This document shows, piece by piece, positions 10,300-20,154 of a stretch of DNA of 39,101 bases. Position 1 is the stretch's first letter; each line of letters opens with the position of its first letter. Below the pieces are notes generated by a model. It searched no databases. It had not been told where the DNA came from and worked only from the letters and a program-made list of their open reading frames with translations. Position numbers and translations under genes: made by a program. Origin of the DNA: Candidatus Omnitrophota bacterium (GTDB taxonomy: Bacteria > Omnitrophota > Gorgyraeia > Gygaellales > Profunditerraquicolaceae); contig JACROS010000080.1 of NCBI GenBank assembly GCA_016214325.1, forward strand, positions 1 to 39,101, written 5' to 3'.

Positions 10300-11210
10300 A
10301 TGTCATTTGAGAAAATTTTAGGACAAGAAAAAGCAATTGGCATGCTTAAGGGTTACCTAGAGAGTACACGTCTTAGCGGTGGGTATCTTTTTCTTGGCCC
10401 TGAGGGAGTTGGGAAAAAACTTGCTAGTTTAGAATTGGCAAAGGCGTTAAATTGCCAGCAGGATTTACCTAATGCCTGTGATAAATGTGTTTCTTGCAGA
10501 AAGATTGATAATAATCAGCACCCGGATATTCATTTTATTACTAAAGAAGATGATGAAATAAAAATTGAAGATATCCGTAACCTGCAAAAAGAAATAAGTT
10601 TTCGGCCATATGAAGGCAGGAAGACGCACTTTTGAAAGTCTTGGAAGAGCCTCCGGAGAGCAGTTTGATTATTTTAATTAGTAACAAGTCTTCGTTGTTA
10701 CTTAAGACTATTGTTTCACGATGTAAGGCGCTTAAGTTTTCTTCTTTAATGCGGGAAGAAGTGAAGAATATTCTGCAGAGTGATTATAAACTGGAAATTG
10801 ATAAGGCTCATTTCTTGGCTTATTTTTCTGAAGGACAGCTTGGCAGGGCGCTAAAATTAAAAGATACTGATATTTTTACTGAGAAAAATGTTGTTATTGA
10901 TAAATTTATTCTTGCAGAAAAGCCCTGTGTGGATAGTTTGTCTTCAAAGAATAAAACAGAAATTGTTTCGTGGCTCAATATTGCAGTTACTTGGTTTAGG
11001 GATATTTATTTAAAAAAAGCAGGCATGGAAGAAACAGAGCTTATTCATTATGATCGCCGTAAGGAGGTTGAAAGATTTGCTGATATTTATTCTTTTACAT
11101 ATTTAAATCAGGTTTTTGAGTCTCTTTCTAAATCGGTTTTGTATTTAGGGCAGAATATTAACGCGCGTTTACTTCTTTATGAGTTAGCCAGTGGGTTTAC
11201 TTCGAGGTGA
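10300..11210 (+). pseudogene. holB: DNA polymerase III delta' subunit, split by an internal deletion/frameshift near 10624 (possibly artefact)
   Basis: YLFLGPEGVGK, C-C-C-C zinc site, HPD in ORF 10300-10635. ALLKVLEEPP and TIVSRC resume in another frame at 10626; the intervening Walker-B-like segment is absent. Confidence 0.88.
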
Positions 11211-11214
11211 ATTT

Positions 11215-12006
11215 ATGAAAGAAAAAATATGGGTTAGGCTTCGTGATTCCGGGCAGGCATATGGTTATGACCCTGGGAATTTAGAAATAAAAGAGGGAGA
11301 TTGTGTAATTGTTGAACATGACCGCGGGCTTGATTATGGAATGATTGTTAAGCCTCATGAGTGTCCTGCGGCTAAACAAGAGGATGCTAAAGAAGAAATT
11401 AAGAAAATAGTCCGTAAGGCTAGCGAATCTGATTTAAAACAGATTGAAGATAATCGCTCAAAGGCTAAAGAAGCATTTAATACTTGTGGAAAGAAAATTG
11501 CCGAGCATAAATTAGATATGAAGTTGGTTAAAGCGGAGTATTCTTTTGATCGCAGTAAGATTGTTTTTTATTTTACTGCCGAAGGGCGGGTTGATTTCAG
11601 GCATCTTGTTAAGGATTTGGCAAAGATTTTTAAGGCACGTATTGAGTTGCGCCAGATTGGAGTTAGAGATGAGGCGCGTCTTTTTGGCGGCTTTGGCCCA
11701 TGCGGAAGAGAGCTTTGCTGTGCAAGGTTTCTAAGAGATTTTGAGCCGGTTACCATTAAAATGGCAAAGGAAGAGGGCTTGTCTTTAAATCCTCCGAAGA
11801 TTTCCGGCCTTTGTGGAAGGCTGATGTGCTGTTTATCTTTTGAGTATGAAACTTATAAGTTGCTTGCTAAGGGCCTTCCTCATGAAGGAGAACATGTAAC
11901 TACGCCGCAGGGTAAAGGTAAGGTTTTAAGTGTAAATGTGTTTAAACGCAGCGCCCAGGTTCAGCTTGATGAGGGCGGGGTCATCGAAGTAGTTTATAAA
12001 CAATAA
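11215..12006 (+). CDS. PSP1/RicT (YaaT) family Fe-S protein
   Basis: FYFTAEGRVDFR, RIELRQIGVRDEA, GPCGRELCC, KISGLCGRLMCCL. ATG 11215 follows GAGGTG. Confidence 0.93.
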   Translation: MKEKIWVRLRDSGQAYGYDPGNLEIKEGDCVIVEHDRGLDYGMIVKPHECPAAKQEDAKEEIKKIVRKASESDLKQIEDNRSKAKEAFNTCGKKIAEHKLDMKLVKAEYSFDRSKIVFYFTAEGRVDFRHLVKDLAKIFKARIELRQIGVRDEARLFGGFGPCGRELCCARFLRDFEPVTIKMAKEEGLSLNPPKISGLCGRLMCCLSFEYETYKLLAKGLPHEGEHVTTPQGKGKVLSVNVFKRSAQVQLDEGGVIEVVYKQ

Positions 12007-12008
12007 AA

Positions 12009-13502
12009 ATGGCTGATAAATTTTATATAACAACTCCATTGTATTATGTTAATGCCAGCCCTCATATCGGGCATTCCTATACTTGTATAGCTGCGGATAC
12101 TTTAGCAAGGCATATGCGCCATGTTATTGGAGAGAAAAATGTCTGGTTTCTTACCGGCACCGACGAGCATGGCCAGAAGATTCAAAAGGCAGCTGATGCA
12201 CAAGGCTTAAGCCCGCTTGTTTTTGCGGATAATACGGTTGGGCAGTTTAAAAAGCTCTGGGAAGTTTTAAATATTTCTTACAATGATTTTATTCGCACAA
12301 CCGAAGACCGGCACAAAAGAGTGGTAGCTCGAGTTTTGGATATTTTGTATAAAAAGGGCGATATCTATCAGGATACTTATCAAGGATGGTATTGCACGCC
12401 TTGTGAAACGTTTTGGATTGAATCTCAGTTATCAGAAGGCAAATGTCCTGATTGCAAGCGCCCGGTTGAAAAGATATCAGAAACAAACTACTTTTTTAAG
12501 TTATCAAAATACCAAGATTGGCTGGTTGAGCATATTAAAAATAATCCCGATTTTATAAAGCCTGCTAGCCGCTATGAGGAGGTATCGCGTTTTCTTGAGT
12601 TAAACAAGTTAAGCGATTTATGTATTTCCCGGCCAAGAGAGCGTTTAGGCTGGGGTATACCTTTGCCGTTTAGCCCTGAACATGTAACTTATGTCTGGTT
12701 TGATGCCTTGATAAATTATATTAGTGCAGTGGGGGATTTTAATGATGAAGGTAAATATATTTCTCGTTGGTGGCCAGCTGATATCCAGCTTATGGGAAAA
12801 GATATTCTAAGGCAGCATGCAGTTTACTGGCCAATAATGTTAAGAGCCCTTGATATTGCGCCTCCAAAATTAATCTTTGCTCATGGATGGTGGATGATGG
12901 GAGAGAGCAAAATGTCAAAATCATTGGGTAATGTAGTTTCTCCGATAGAAATGGCCCATAAATATGGGACAGATCCTTATCGTTATTTTCTTCTTCGCGA
13001 TGTGCCATTTGGGCTAGATGGTAACTTTTCAGAAGAATCAATTATTAAAAGATATAATAGCGACTTGGCCAATGATTTGGGCAATCTTGTTTTTCGTACT
13101 TTAACTATGATTGAAAAATATTTTTCCGGCAATGTCCCGGTAATGCAGGATCAGCATTTGAGCGCTCAGGGGAAGCTTATTAAAGAGAAGCTTTTAAATA
13201 TAGAACAAATGGTTATTTCAAGTTTAAATGTTTGTGGGTTTTCTCAGGCATTAGAAGAGGTTTGGAGCCTGATTAATATGGCCAATAAATATGTAGAAGA
13301 TACAAAGCCATGGAATTTGGCAAAAGAAAATAAAACCGAAGAATTAAAAACATTTATTGCGCTATTAGCTAAGGTGATTAGGCAGGTGGGCAAGACTTCA
13401 GCTTGTTTTATGCCTAAGACAGCAGAAGCTATATTTGGGCAAATTGGGGAAGCAACTATTAATAAGTCCGGCCCTTTATTTCCGCGCATTGATACAAAGT
13501 GA
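12009..13502 (+). CDS. metG: Methionine--tRNA ligase (short form)
   Basis: YITTPLYYVN, HIGH, GTDEHGQK, YVWFDAL, KMSKS; no C-terminal tRNA-binding domain. Confidence 0.97.
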   Translation: MADKFYITTPLYYVNASPHIGHSYTCIAADTLARHMRHVIGEKNVWFLTGTDEHGQKIQKAADAQGLSPLVFADNTVGQFKKLWEVLNISYNDFIRTTEDRHKRVVARVLDILYKKGDIYQDTYQGWYCTPCETFWIESQLSEGKCPDCKRPVEKISETNYFFKLSKYQDWLVEHIKNNPDFIKPASRYEEVSRFLELNKLSDLCISRPRERLGWGIPLPFSPEHVTYVWFDALINYISAVGDFNDEGKYISRWWPADIQLMGKDILRQHAVYWPIMLRALDIAPPKLIFAHGWWMMGESKMSKSLGNVVSPIEMAHKYGTDPYRYFLLRDVPFGLDGNFSEESIIKRYNSDLANDLGNLVFRTLTMIEKYFSGNVPVMQDQHLSAQGKLIKEKLLNIEQMVISSLNVCGFSQALEEVWSLINMANKYVEDTKPWNLAKENKTEELKTFIALLAKVIRQVGKTSACFMPKTAEAIFGQIGEATINKSGPLFPRIDTK

Positions 13503-14263
13503 TGCTTATAGATACGCACTGTCATTTAGACTTTCCGGAGTTTGATTCTGACCGAGATGAAATTATTCAAAATAGTAAGTCTCAGGGAGTAGATTATATT
13601 ATTAATGTCGGCTCAAGCCTGGAGGGTTCAGAGCGTTCAGTTGAGCTGGCAAATAAATATGATTGTGTTTACGCTGTCGTCGGAGTTCATCCGCACGAAG
13701 CTGATGCATTTAATAATAAAATATTTGATAGGATAAAACAGCTTGCCAAGTTACAGAAAATTGTTGCAATTGGAGAGATTGGCTTGGATTATTTTAGAAA
13801 TTTCTCTTTAGTAGAAAACCAGCGCAGAGTTTTTACTTCTTTTTTGAGCCTTGCCAAAGAATTAAATCTTCCATTAGTTTTACATTCCCGCGACGCCCAG
13901 CCAGATACGTTAGAAATTGTACAGGATTTTTTGCCTTTAAAAGCAGTTGTTCATTGTTTTTCTGGCGGTGAAGATTTTCTTAAGTCTTGCCTTGAGTTGG
14001 GATTTTATATTTCTTATACCTGTAATATTACTTATAAAAAAGCTCAAGTATTAAGAGATTTGGTTAAGATTACTCCTCTTGAAAGAATTTTTCTAGAAAC
14101 AGATGCTCCTTATTTATCTCCTGAGGGTATGCGCGGCAAACGTAATTATCCGGCTAATGTGCGTGTTGTAGCTGAGGAGATTGCTCTGGTTAAGGAGACT
14201 ACTTTTGAAAATATAGCAAATATAACTACTAAAAATGCAGTGCAATTTTTTGGGTTAAAATGA
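13499..14263 (+). CDS. tatD: TatD family deoxyribonuclease
   Basis: DTHCHLD, GVHPH, GEIGLDY, HSRDA, HCFSG, ETDAPYL. Confidence 0.95.
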   Translation: MMLIDTHCHLDFPEFDSDRDEIIQNSKSQGVDYIINVGSSLEGSERSVELANKYDCVYAVVGVHPHEADAFNNKIFDRIKQLAKLQKIVAIGEIGLDYFRNFSLVENQRRVFTSFLSLAKELNLPLVLHSRDAQPDTLEIVQDFLPLKAVVHCFSGGEDFLKSCLELGFYISYTCNITYKKAQVLRDLVKITPLERIFLETDAPYLSPEGMRGKRNYPANVRVVAEEIALVKETTFENIANITTKNAVQFFGLK

Positions 14264-15381
14264 AATCTAGTGTATCTATAATTAAATGCGCAAGTTACGA
14301 GCAAAGGTTAGTAGAAACATCTGTGCGAAGGGCAGTTGATTCACTCGGAGGCATAGCTGTTTTTATAAGGCCAGGCTCAAGGGTTTTGGTTAAGCCGAAT
14401 TTATTAATGGCAAAAGAGCCTGAGTTTGGTATTGATACTCATCCTGAGGTTATTCGTGCTGTGATTAGGATTTTAAAAGAAATAAAATGCAACATATTAG
14501 TTGGCGACGGGCCGAGTGTTTGGGGGAAACAAATTGAGAATGTTGATGAGGTTTACCGCAGGTCTGGAGCCAAACGAATATGTGATGAAGAAAATGTTGA
14601 AATGGTTAAGTTTGATAAGCGAAAATGGCATGGACAATTTCCCTTAACAAGCTATTTGAATGAATGTGACCATCTAATAAATATTCCAAAATTTAAAACC
14701 CACGAGTTAACTTTGTTGACTGGTGCAATCAAGAACTTATTTGGCTTGGTTTGTGGCACATATAAAACAGAGCTGCATAAAAATCATTTTGAAATTAATG
14801 ATTTCTCAAGAGTGCTTGTTGATATCTATGAGAAGTCAAAACCTGCTTTAACTGTTGTTGATGGGATTGTTGCTATGGAAGGCGATGGCCCGGCAACAAG
14901 CGGAAAATTGCGCAATCTTAATTTGCTATTAGCCGGCAGTGATTGCGTGGCAATAGATACGCTTATGTCTAAAATTATCGGTGTTGAGCCGATGGACGTT
15001 ATTACTATAAAAGAAGCAGTTAGTAGAAAACTGGGTAATGCAAATATGGAGGAGATAGAGGTCTTAGGAGAGCGGTTTGAAGATTGTTTGGGCAGGCCGT
15101 TTTTATTGCCTTCAACTTCTTTTGCCCGAAAAAAGATTCCTTTACCGATAGTTAACATTATCCGCAGGTTAGTTAAATATTATCCATTTGTTTATGAGAA
15201 AAATTGTATTCGTTGCCAGGCTTGCATGGATGCTTGTCCTAAAAATGTGATTAGCATGCGTCCGTATGGTATGCATTTTGATTATAAGAAATGTATTGCT
15301 TGTTTTTGTTGCCAGGAGGCCTGTCCTGCCTCGGCAATTAAGGTTAAGAAAAGCTTAGTGGCAAAACTTATCGGCCTATAA
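14260..15381 (+). CDS. DUF362-domain protein with C-terminal 2x[4Fe-4S] ferredoxin
   Basis: VLVKPNLL, THPEV, PKFKTH, GAIKNLFG, DGIVAMEGDGP; CIRCQACMDACP and CIACFCCQEACP. Confidence 0.9.
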   Translation: MKSSVSIIKCASYEQRLVETSVRRAVDSLGGIAVFIRPGSRVLVKPNLLMAKEPEFGIDTHPEVIRAVIRILKEIKCNILVGDGPSVWGKQIENVDEVYRRSGAKRICDEENVEMVKFDKRKWHGQFPLTSYLNECDHLINIPKFKTHELTLLTGAIKNLFGLVCGTYKTELHKNHFEINDFSRVLVDIYEKSKPALTVVDGIVAMEGDGPATSGKLRNLNLLLAGSDCVAIDTLMSKIIGVEPMDVITIKEAVSRKLGNANMEEIEVLGERFEDCLGRPFLLPSTSFARKKIPLPIVNIIRRLVKYYPFVYEKNCIRCQACMDACPKNVISMRPYGMHFDYKKCIACFCCQEACPASAIKVKKSLVAKLIGL

Positions 15382-15383
15382 AA

Positions 15384-15992
15384 ATGAGTAAGAATAGCGA
15401 ATTTAGCAAATTAAGAATTGATTTAGACAATGCCATTACTTATGGCACAAAGCTTACTGCAAAAACAATGGCCAGAAAAGGATTAAAGGAGGCAAAAGAG
15501 AGTGGTTTAAAAGGAGAGATTGAGTATTTCTTGGGCCAGATTGATTTGTTGAACAATAAATTTACTAGCGCCATAGAGCATTTTGATGCGGCAATAAAAT
15601 ATAACCCAAAAGACGGCGCTTCTTATAATGATCGTGCTTTATGCATGATAGAGCTGGGAATTATGGATGAAGCAATTTTATATTTTGATAAGGGGATTGA
15701 GGTTGAGCCGGATTATGCGACGATTTATCATAACAAGGGCTGGCTTTTAAATAACCTAGGAGAGCATACAAAAGCAATAAAGTATTTTCATAAAGCCCTT
15801 GAGCTAGAACCAAAAAGAGCAGTGACCTACGATAACTTGGCTGATGCATTATATAATTTGAATGATTTTTCTGGAGCACGGGAGTCTTATCGGAAAGTTT
15901 TGGATTTGCTTAAACCGGGAGAGTGCCGTCAGATTAGAATACAGATTAAAAAGAAAATAAAAGAATTGGAAAACATAGAGGTCAAAAAATGA
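15384..15992 (+). CDS. Tetratricopeptide repeat protein
   Basis: About four 34-aa TPR units (AIEHFDAAIKYNP, AILYFDKGIEVEP, AIKYFHKALELEP). Confidence 0.9.
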   Translation: MSKNSEFSKLRIDLDNAITYGTKLTAKTMARKGLKEAKESGLKGEIEYFLGQIDLLNNKFTSAIEHFDAAIKYNPKDGASYNDRALCMIELGIMDEAILYFDKGIEVEPDYATIYHNKGWLLNNLGEHTKAIKYFHKALELEPKRAVTYDNLADALYNLNDFSGARESYRKVLDLLKPGECRQIRIQIKKKIKELENIEVKK

Positions 15993-17029
15993 GTATTCGC
16001 ACTATAGAGTGGAAAAATAATTATATTAGAATGATTGATCAGACAAAGTTGCCGCAAAAGCTGGTGTATTTAAATATTAAGGATATTGAAAGCCTTTGGC
16101 AGGCAATTAAGCTTTTAAAGGTTCGCGGAGCTCCTGCGTTAGGAGGGGCTGCTGGGTTAGGCGCTTATTTGGGAATACGAAATTCCCGCGCTGTAAATTA
16201 TTTGCAATTTGAAAAAGAATTGGGCAGAGTTTGTGATTATTTGGCATCAAGCCGGCCGACAGCAATAAATCTTTTCTGGGGGCTGGAACGGATGATGCGG
16301 GTTTCTCAGGCTAATAAAAATAAAAGTATTCTTGAGATTAAGAAAATGCTTTTTAAAGAAGCTCAAATGATTATTGAAGAAGACAGGGCTTCTTGCCGAC
16401 AGATTGGGAATTTTGGCGAGAAGTTATTCTGCGATAATGATTCTGTTTTAACAATTTGTAATACTGGCATATTGGCTACTATTGATTATGGTACTGCTCT
16501 GGGGGTAATTTATCGTGCGCAGGAAGTTGGGAAGCGCTTAAAGATTTATGCTTGTGAAACGCGCCCGTTATTGCAAGGTGCGCGCTTAACTACGTGGGAA
16601 TTAAAAAGAAAAAATATGGATGTTACTTTGATTTGTGACAGTATGGCCGCAAGCTTAATGCAGCAGGGTAAAATTAAAAAAGTTATAGCCGGGGCAGACA
16701 GGATTGCTGCTAATGGAGATACGGCAAACAAGATTGGTACATCCAGCCTTGCGATTTTAGCCAAGTATCATAAAATACCTTTCTATATTGCAGCACCTGT
16801 TTCAACATTTGACTTAAATATTAAAAGCGGGAAAGAAATCCCTATTGAGCAAAGAAATCCAGCAGAAATAACAGAGCTTTTCTTTAAGAATCGCGTTGCT
16901 CCTCGAGGGATCAAAGTGTTTAATCCGGCTTTTGATGTTACCCCAAATGCTTTGATTAGCGCGATTATTACAGATAAGGGAGTTATTCGTCCGCCATATT
17001 TAAAGAACATATGCTCATATCTAAAATAG
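15989..17029 (+). CDS. mtnA: S-methyl-5-thioribose-1-phosphate isomerase
   Basis: DQTKLP, VRGAPA, RPTAINL, ETRPLLQGARLT, ANKIGT, NPAFDVTP. Confidence 0.95.
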   Translation: MSIRTIEWKNNYIRMIDQTKLPQKLVYLNIKDIESLWQAIKLLKVRGAPALGGAAGLGAYLGIRNSRAVNYLQFEKELGRVCDYLASSRPTAINLFWGLERMMRVSQANKNKSILEIKKMLFKEAQMIIEEDRASCRQIGNFGEKLFCDNDSVLTICNTGILATIDYGTALGVIYRAQEVGKRLKIYACETRPLLQGARLTTWELKRKNMDVTLICDSMAASLMQQGKIKKVIAGADRIAANGDTANKIGTSSLAILAKYHKIPFYIAAPVSTFDLNIKSGKEIPIEQRNPAEITELFFKNRVAPRGIKVFNPAFDVTPNALISAIITDKGVIRPPYLKNICSYLK

Positions 17030-17907
17030 GTGAATTTGGTTTGATTGAAAGATTCCGCCGAAAGATTGCAACTGATTTTTCGGTTGTTGTTGGTTCTGGC
17101 GATGATTGCGCTGTTTTAAAATTCGATAAAAAATATTACCAGCTTTTTACTTGTGACATGCTGGTAGAGGGTGTTGATTTTACCGAAAAAACAGACCCTT
17201 ATTTAATCGGCATGAAATCTATGGCAGTTTCTGTAAGTGATATTGCTTCTTGCTGCGGCCTGCCAAAACATTGCGTTGTTTCTTTAGGTGTTCCTAAGAA
17301 AATTAGTTTAAGAAAAGTAGACGGGATTTTTAAAGGAATGAATGACCTTTGCAGGAAATATAAAATTAATCTTGTTGGCGGAGATTTAAGCAGGTCAGAC
17401 AAAATTATTATAGATGTGAGCATGCTTGGTTTGGTTGAGAAAAGTAAATTAGCTTTACGAAGCGGTGCAAAGAAAGGTGATATAATCTTTGTTACTGGGC
17501 CGCTTGGAGGTTCAATTTTAGGAAAGCATCTTTGTTTTGAGCCACGGGTAAAAGAGGCGAGGTTTTTAGCACAAAGATATAAAATTAATTCTATGTTAGA
17601 CATTTCTGATGGTTTGGCCCAAGACCTATGGCACATTCTTAAGAATAGTAAGGTTGGCGGGGTAATTTATGAAGATTTACTGCCGTTAACTAAAGAGGCA
17701 AAAGGCCTTGATGATGCACTTTACATGGGTGAAGATTTTGAGTTACTTTTTACCTTGCCAAATCAGGAAGCAAAAAAACTCTTAAAGAACAATTCTGGAA
17801 GTTTTTATCCTATTGGAGAAATAATTGATAATAATTGCTCTCTAGTGTTGATTGACAAGAATAATAAAGAAAAGGTTTTAAAATCAGACGGATTCCGCCA
17901 TTTTTAA
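17011..17907 (+). CDS. thiL: Thiamine-monophosphate kinase
   Basis: GEFGLIE, GDDCAV, DMLVEGVDF, SDIA, VGGD, DISDGL, GEDFELLFT. Confidence 0.95.
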   Translation: MLISKIGEFGLIERFRRKIATDFSVVVGSGDDCAVLKFDKKYYQLFTCDMLVEGVDFTEKTDPYLIGMKSMAVSVSDIASCCGLPKHCVVSLGVPKKISLRKVDGIFKGMNDLCRKYKINLVGGDLSRSDKIIIDVSMLGLVEKSKLALRSGAKKGDIIFVTGPLGGSILGKHLCFEPRVKEARFLAQRYKINSMLDISDGLAQDLWHILKNSKVGGVIYEDLLPLTKEAKGLDDALYMGEDFELLFTLPNQEAKKLLKNNSGSFYPIGEIIDNNCSLVLIDKNNKEKVLKSDGFRHF

Positions 17908-17908
17908 T

Positions 17909-18379
17909 ATGGAAATAATTTCAAATTCAGCGGCAGAAACAAGAAATATTGGAAGGGCAATTGCAAAGAATGTTCTTCCCGGTGATATACTTTGTCTTGT
18001 GGGCCAGCTTGGCTCAGGAAAAACCATGCTTACTAAAGGTATTGCTTCTGGTCTAAGATTGAATGCCGAGAAAGTGATCAGTCCGTCGTTCGTATTGATT
18101 CGCGAGCATTGGCAAGGCAGGCGTGCTTTGTATCATTTTGACCTTTACAGATTAAATGATCCTGAAGATATTCTGGCCTTAGGTTATGAAGATTATTTAT
18201 ATGGGAATGGAGTATCGGTGATTGAATGGGCAGAGCGTTTGGAATATCTTTTACCAAGAGAATTCTTGAAGATTGAATTAACATTCAAGGATAAATCAAA
18301 AAGAGTGTTAAAATTTAGCGCCCAGGGTAAACATTATAAAGATTTATTAGGGAGAATTCATGAAGATATTAGGAATTGA
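17909..18379 (+). CDS. tsaE: t6A biosynthesis ATPase TsaE
   Basis: GQLGSGKT, SPSF, HFDLYRL, IEWAE. Confidence 0.95.
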   Translation: MEIISNSAAETRNIGRAIAKNVLPGDILCLVGQLGSGKTMLTKGIASGLRLNAEKVISPSFVLIREHWQGRRALYHFDLYRLNDPEDILALGYEDYLYGNGVSVIEWAERLEYLLPREFLKIELTFKDKSKRVLKFSAQGKHYKDLLGRIHEDIRN

Positions 18380-19034
18380 TACTTCAACAAAATATTTGTG
18401 TATTGGTGTATTCTCAGACGGTAAAGTATATGAATATAATTTAGAAGCAGGAAGGCTGATGTCTGGCTTAATTACAGCTACTATAAAGAGAGTGTTGGAT
18501 GCTATCGGTGTAGATATTTCTGACATTGATTATTTTTCCTGCGCTCTGGGGCCGGGCTCATTTACTGGTATGCGAGTGGGGGTTTCTTGTATTAAAGGCT
18601 TAGCTTGGGCAAATAGAAAGAAAGTAATTGGAATTTCTACTTTGGATATCTTGGCACAGGGCATAAAAAGCGAAAAAAAAGATATTGTGCCAATTGTTGA
18701 TGCAAAAAGAAACCTTTTTTATAGCGGTATTTTTAGCAAGGCCAGTGGTGAGTTAAAAAGAAAATCTCCATATTTACTGCTTGGCCAGCAGGAGTTATTA
18801 AAGAAGATTAAGCCGCAAAGCGTGATATTTGGCGACGCAGTGCCTTTATTAGGCAGTCAGATTTTTGGGGTTGTTAAGGGAGTAGAAATTTTGGATAAGG
18901 ATTACTGGTATCCTAAGGCCCATAATATTATTGAACTTGCTTTAGAGAAAATTAAGAATAAAAGTTTTAGCAGCACGTTTGATGTAAAGCCGATTTATTT
19001 GTATCCAAAAGAGTGTCAAATAAGAAATTTATAA
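18360..19034 (+). CDS. tsaB: t6A biosynthesis protein TsaB
   Basis: ILGIDTST, GPGSFTGMRVG, DAKR, C-terminal PIYL. Confidence 0.94.
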   Translation: MKILGIDTSTKYLCIGVFSDGKVYEYNLEAGRLMSGLITATIKRVLDAIGVDISDIDYFSCALGPGSFTGMRVGVSCIKGLAWANRKKVIGISTLDILAQGIKSEKKDIVPIVDAKRNLFYSGIFSKASGELKRKSPYLLLGQQELLKKIKPQSVIFGDAVPLLGSQIFGVVKGVEILDKDYWYPKAHNIIELALEKIKNKSFSSTFDVKPIYLYPKECQIRNL

Positions 19035-19038
19035 AACC

Positions 19039-20154
19039 ATGAATACTCGTTATTATCGCCCCACATGGGCAGAAGTTAATTTGGGAAACTTGGGTTATAA
19101 TTTCAGGCAGATAAAAAAGCATCTTAGCCCTGAGACGTTAGTCATGGTAACAGTTAAGGCAGATGCCTATGGGCATGGTTTACTGCCGGTGGCGAAGCGG
19201 CTTGTCAGAGAAGGGGTGGATTTCCTCGGAGTTGCATCTATTGATGAAGGAATCAAGCTTAGGGAGTCTGGGGTAATTAAGCCAATATTAATTCTTGGAA
19301 TAATTCTCAAAGAAGATATTGCGCCTGTCTTTAAATACAATCTTACTCCTACAGTTTGCGATCTTGATTTGGCGCGTGCCTTAAACAACAAAGCAAAGTC
19401 TTTAGGAAGAAGTATAAATATTCATATAAAAGTTGACACTGGTATGGGCCGTATCGGGGTTTTGCACCAGGATGCTTTTGTTTTGGTAAGAAAGGTTAGT
19501 GAATTTAAGCATCTTAATGTAGAAGGCCTTTTTACCCATTTTGCTTTTGCTGACGTGGATCAAGATTTTACTTTGCATCAGGCGCGATTGTTGGAGGGGT
19601 TGGTAAATAAGCTAAAGCAAGAAGGGGTACATATTGCATTAATTCACGCTGCAAACAGCATGGGAGTTATTGATTGTAAAAATGCACATTTTAATATGGT
19701 TAGGCCCGGGTTGGTTATTTATGGGCTTTATCCTAAGCAAAACTTAAAGATTCATTTGAAGCCAGTGTTGAGTTTAAAGACAAGAGTTGTTTATGCTAAA
19801 AATGTCCCTGCTGGATACGGCGTAAGTTACGGGCATGCCTATATAACAAAGAAGTCTTCTAGGATTGTTACTTTACCGATTGGTTATGGCGATGGATATC
19901 CTCGGAATTTATCTAATATTGCTCCTGTTTTAATTAGGGGCAGGCGGTTTAAGGTTAGCGGAAGAATTTGCATGGATCAGATTATGGTTGATGTGGGCCG
20001 TGTCCCGGTTGGTGTTGGAGAGGAAGTAGTTTTGATTGGTAAGCAACTAAGAAATACTGTTTCTGCCGAAGAGTTAGCCAGTAAGAGCGGCACTATCCCT
20101 TATGAAATAGCCTGCGGTTTGGGGAGCCGTATTCCCAGAGTTTATATTGATTAA
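19039..20154 (+). CDS. alr: Alanine racemase
   Basis: VKADAYGHG PLP lysine, KVDTGMGRIG, VSYG, GYGDG, GRICMDQ, TIPYE. Confidence 0.97.
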   Translation: MNTRYYRPTWAEVNLGNLGYNFRQIKKHLSPETLVMVTVKADAYGHGLLPVAKRLVREGVDFLGVASIDEGIKLRESGVIKPILILGIILKEDIAPVFKYNLTPTVCDLDLARALNNKAKSLGRSINIHIKVDTGMGRIGVLHQDAFVLVRKVSEFKHLNVEGLFTHFAFADVDQDFTLHQARLLEGLVNKLKQEGVHIALIHAANSMGVIDCKNAHFNMVRPGLVIYGLYPKQNLKIHLKPVLSLKTRVVYAKNVPAGYGVSYGHAYITKKSSRIVTLPIGYGDGYPRNLSNIAPVLIRGRRFKVSGRICMDQIMVDVGRVPVGVGEEVVLIGKQLRNTVSAEELASKSGTIPYEIACGLGSRIPRVYID

